Positions 61,093 through 64,000 of a DNA stretch of 64,000 nt are shown one piece after another; within the stretch, counting starts at the first letter, position 1, and each line of letters opens with the position of its first letter. The stretch is from an uncultured Acutalibacter sp. (lineage in GTDB: Bacteria > Bacillota > Clostridia > Oscillospirales > Acutalibacteraceae). The translations under genes and the position numbers were made by a program. Where the stretch lies: the NCBI GenBank assembly GCA_964577585.1, contig CAZNZS010000003.1:677-64676 (forward strand). The letters run 5' to 3'. The notes beneath the pieces were generated by a model. That model ran no database searches. It saw only the letters and a list, made by a program, of their open reading frames with translations, and was not told the origin of the DNA.

Positions 61093-61527
61093 TTAAAGCG
61101 CCCCTTTCCAGCCTTCTATGGTTATGATACGGTCTTCCCCCGTTTCACCGAGACAAATATCAATGCATATGGCATGATCCGGCAGCGCGGCTTCTATATT
61201 TTCGCTCCACTCAACGGCAAGAACATACTCCGTATCCAGATAATCAAAGAAGCCGGTGGAATACAAATCGTCCCATCCAGTTATACGGTACATATCAAAA
61301 TGGGCTACATGGAGCCTTCCGCTGTATTCATTGACAAGCGCGAACGTGGGGCTGAAAACAACGTCTCCCGCGCCAAGCCCGCGTACCAGCCCACGGATAA
61401 AGGCGGTTTTGCCGGCCCCCATGCCGCCGGTGAAGGCCAGAATCTCTCCCCCTATAAGCGCTTCAGCCATACGGGCGGCAAGAGCCTCCGTTTCTGCCGG
61501 TGAATGCGTGACAAACTTCTGCAGCAT
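61093..61527 (-). CDS. tsaE: t6A biosynthesis ATPase TsaE
   Basis: GGMGAGKT, SPTF, HFDMYR, VEW motifs. Confidence 0.95.
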   Translation of the reverse strand: MLQKFVTHSPAETEALAARMAEALIGGEILAFTGGMGAGKTAFIRGLVRGLGAGDVVFSPTFALVNEYSGRLHVAHFDMYRITGWDDLYSTGFFDYLDTEYVLAVEWSENIEAALPDHAICIDICLGETGEDRIITIEGWKGAL

Positions 61528-63206
61528 CAGAACAAGCCGTGAATGACGGCATTTTCGTCGACGTCTATTTTTTCGGCTGCGGGGACCCTGGGCAGTCCGG
61601 GCATTGTCATAATGTCGCCCGCGTAGGCCACCACAAAGCCGGCGCCGCTGGACAGCTTGAGATCCCGGATTGTGACCGTGAAGCCTGTGGGTCTGCCGAG
61701 AAGCGTGGGATCATCAGAAAGGGAATACTGGGTTTTCGCGATACACACCGGCAGGGAGTTGCCGCCAAGGCTCTTGATCTCCTGCAGAGATTTCAGCGCC
61801 TGCTTGGTGAAAAGCACGCTGTCCGCGCCGTAGATCTTTTTCGCGACCGCTTCTATCTTTTCTTCCACGGAAGCTTCGTCGGGATAGATCGGCGCAAACG
61901 AGGAAGAGCCCTTTTGACATTGATCGGCCACTTCACAGACGGTGCGGGCAAGCTCCATGCCGCCTTCCCCACCCTTGCCGAACACCTCGGAAAGCGCGTA
62001 GGATACACCCAGTTCCTTACAGCAGTTATCGATGACCTGAAGCTCGGCATCCGTATCCGTGCCGAAACGGTTGATAGCGACTACTACGGGCACGCCGAAT
62101 TTGTGCATGTTTTCCACATGCGCCTTCAGATTGACGATGCCCTTTTCAAGAGCTTCCACGTTTTCGGAAGAAAGCTCTGCTTTCGGAACGCCGCCGTTAT
62201 ATTTCAGGGCCCTCACCGTGGCCACCACAACGACGCAGGAAGGTGCAAGACCGGCCATACGGCACTTGATATCCATAAACTTTTCCGCGCCGAGGTCGGA
62301 GCCGAAGCCGGCTTCGGTGATACAATAATCAGCAAGCTTCAAGGCCAGACGGGTCGCTCTGACAGAGTTACAGCCATGGGCGATATTGGCAAAGGGACCG
62401 CCGTGCATGATGGCGGGCGTGCCTTCGATCGTCTGCACCAGGTTGGGATTGACCGCGTCCTTCAGCAAAGCGGCCATAGCGCCCTCAGCTTTCAGATCTC
62501 TGGCATAGACAGGCTTTCCGTCATAAGTATAGGCAACAAGGATATTTCCCAGACGCAGCTTCAGATCATCCATATCCTTTGCAAGGCACAAAATAGCCAT
62601 GACTTCGGAAGCAACAGTGATGATAAAACCGTCTTCTCGGGGGACTCCGTTGATCTTGCCGCCAAGACCGACAATGATATTGCGCAGAGCGCGGTCATTC
62701 ATATCGAGGCAGCGCTTGATCAGGATACGGCGCGGATCGATCCCAAGGGTATTACCCTGCTGCAGAAGGTTATCCAGCATGGCACAGCAAAGGTTGTTCG
62801 CGGAAGTGATGGCATGCATATCACCGGTAAAATGCAGGTTGATATCCTCCATCGGCAAAACCTGAGCATATCCTCCGCCTGCCGCGCCGCCTTTTACGCC
62901 GAAAACAGGGCCAAGAGAGGGCTCGCGCAAAGCAATGATCGCATTTTTCCCGATTTTAGCCATAGCTTCCCCTAAGCCGGCTGTGGTAGTTGTTTTTCCC
63001 TCTCCCGCCGGAGTGGGGTTGATCGCCGTTACAAGAATAAGCTTTCCGTCAGGACGGTCTTTCAGGCGGGCAAAGGCGTTTTCATTGATCTTAGCCTTGT
63101 ACCTTCCGTAATACTCCAATTCTTCTTCCTGAAGGCCCAGCCTTCCGGCAATCTCCGAAATGGGAAGGAGTTTTGTCTCCTGGGCAATTTCGATATCTGT
63201 CTTCAT
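61527..63206 (-). CDS. fhs: Formate--tetrahydrofolate ligase
   Basis: [42 protein letters not shown] motifs. Confidence 0.97.
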   Translation of the reverse strand: MKTDIEIAQETKLLPISEIAGRLGLQEEELEYYGRYKAKINENAFARLKDRPDGKLILVTAINPTPAGEGKTTTTAGLGEAMAKIGKNAIIALREPSLGPVFGVKGGAAGGGYAQVLPMEDINLHFTGDMHAITSANNLCCAMLDNLLQQGNTLGIDPRRILIKRCLDMNDRALRNIIVGLGGKINGVPREDGFIITVASEVMAILCLAKDMDDLKLRLGNILVAYTYDGKPVYARDLKAEGAMAALLKDAVNPNLVQTIEGTPAIMHGGPFANIAHGCNSVRATRLALKLADYCITEAGFGSDLGAEKFMDIKCRMAGLAPSCVVVVATVRALKYNGGVPKAELSSENVEALEKGIVNLKAHVENMHKFGVPVVVAINRFGTDTDAELQVIDNCCKELGVSYALSEVFGKGGEGGMELARTVCEVADQCQKGSSSFAPIYPDEASVEEKIEAVAKKIYGADSVLFTKQALKSLQEIKSLGGNSLPVCIAKTQYSLSDDPTLLGRPTGFTVTIRDLKLSSGAGFVVAYAGDIMTMPGLPRVPAAEKIDVDENAVIHGLF

Positions 63207-63253
63207 AGTTCCTCACCTTTCCGGCCCGGGTCGGCCAAAAACTTTCATTATGA

Positions 63254-63282
63254 ATTATAGGATATCTTGTTGGAATAGTAAA
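63254..63282 (-). promoter_or_regulatory. Probable sigmaA promoter of fhs
   Basis: Minus strand TTTACT-17 nt-TATAAT about 45 nt upstream of the ATG. Confidence 0.55.
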
Positions 63283-63323
63283 GAGCGGAGGCGAAAAAAC
63301 TTGCCTGCAATTTCCAAGTATGG

Positions 63324-63650
63324 TATACTATCCGCAGAGAGCAGCGGATAGTATAGAGTGAAATTTGTCCCGCCCAACTCCTCGCTTCGCTCAGACAGCG
63401 ATGGGAACATTATACCAACGCGCTTTGCGCTTGTGGTATAATAGATGCTAGATTCTAGATGCCAGACGGTGGTTGCGCCTTCGGCGCAATGAAGAAAGGG
63501 CGGAAAATGATAGTTTAGCACGCACCCCTTGCCTTTCTGTCAGTTCGTCAAGGTCTGTTAGTCACCCCTTGTAAACAAGGGGTGATGTAATGGCCGCAAT
63601 GATGCAGATACAAATTACCCGAGGGCGCTTATCGGGCGCTTCGTGAGGAT
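63324..63650. other. Hairpin-dense intergenic element (possible structured RNA or IS200-derived remnant)
   Basis: At least five stems with 6-12 bp arms plus a triple TAGAT(G/T)C heptad. Confidence 0.4.
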
Positions 63651-63656
63651 CTTACA

Positions 63657-64000
63657 ATGGTAAAACGCTTTTTCAAAAACATTTATCAATATATTCTGCG
63701 ATCCGACATGATCCTTTGGCTGCTGCTGGCTCTTATCTCCGCTTACAGCCTGGTCTTGCTGAAAAGTATTTCCCGCGCCACCGAAGCAAACTATTTCCGC
63801 ACGCAGCTGATCGCGGTAATATTGGGCGTCACGGCGGCCGTAGTCATTTCCTGGATCGACTATGCGGAGATCGTAAATTTCTGGTATCTTCTCGCGGGCT
63901 TTTCGATCTTCCTGATGATCTATACCATCATGTTTGGCGAAGAGGTCACGGGCGGGGGCGGTGTCTCCGCCAAAGCGTGGATCAATATCGGAGGACGCAC
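63657..64000 (+). CDS. FtsW/RodA/SpoVE (SEDS) family protein, 3' truncated by window
   Basis: MVKRFF...D..LW..., TQL..VILG, GAKAWI-like VSAKAWINIGG; RBS gagg. Confidence 0.85.
   Translation, partial: MVKRFFKNIYQYILRSDMILWLLLALISAYSLVLLKSISRATEANYFRTQLIAVILGVTAAVVISWIDYAEIVNFWYLLAGFSIFLMIYTIMFGEEVTGGGGVSAKAWINIGGR

Noticed and set aside
61539-62975. 478-aa plus-strand ORF antisense to fhs
   Set aside because: Shadow ORF of a well-conserved gene; no recognizable motifs or RBS.
63206-63260. ZMP/ZTP (pfl) or THF riboswitch upstream of fhs
   Set aside because: ggccgacccgggcc loosely resembles the pfl 3' stem, but the 5' domain is absent and a likely promoter leaves only about 45 nt of leader.
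63255-63521. 88-aa minus-strand ORF in the fhs/ftsW intergenic region
   Set aside because: No RBS or recognizable domain, and it crosses promoter-like palindromes.
63440-63650. 6S RNA or raiA motif RNA
   Set aside because: No long 5'/3' closing helix typical of 6S, and only a short GATGCCAG similarity to raiA without its other conserved segments.
1-64000. tRNA, rRNA, CRISPR array, prophage or intact transposase
   Set aside because: None seen by eye. Both tyrosine recombinases lack flanking phage or ICE cargo and sit among core genes.

Overview
A 64-kb chromosomal core-genome window from a spore-forming Clostridia bacterium (Oscillospiraceae/Ruminococcaceae-like by gene content; inferred, not measured). 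It carries the RNase P RNA, ctsR-mcsA-mcsB-clpC, acn-icd-rex, tepA-uppP-ftsK-comEC-like, a split metF/metH cluster, radA, two convergent tyrosine recombinases, queA-tgt-yajC, asd-dapA-dapB, a Tyr T-box with a GNAT gene and tyrS, and a long minus-strand run from fhs to recN. I saw no tRNA, rRNA, CRISPR array, prophage or intact IS. The most notable unannotated signal is a perfect 13-bp inverted repeat with a GAAAA-N6-TTTTC (difH-like) core, 42 bp upstream of a XerS-like recombinase. It lies close to where gene orientation flips from mostly + to mostly -, which suggests a single-recombinase dimer-resolution module at the terminus. Other candidates are a GNAT gene between the Tyr T-box and tyrS, a leader-peptide attenuator upstream of an ABC exporter, a hairpin-dense 450-bp fhs/ftsW intergenic region, a sigmaK-type Cys/Gly microprotein and a probable decayed spoIIM. 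All family calls come from motifs read by eye; no database searches were run.
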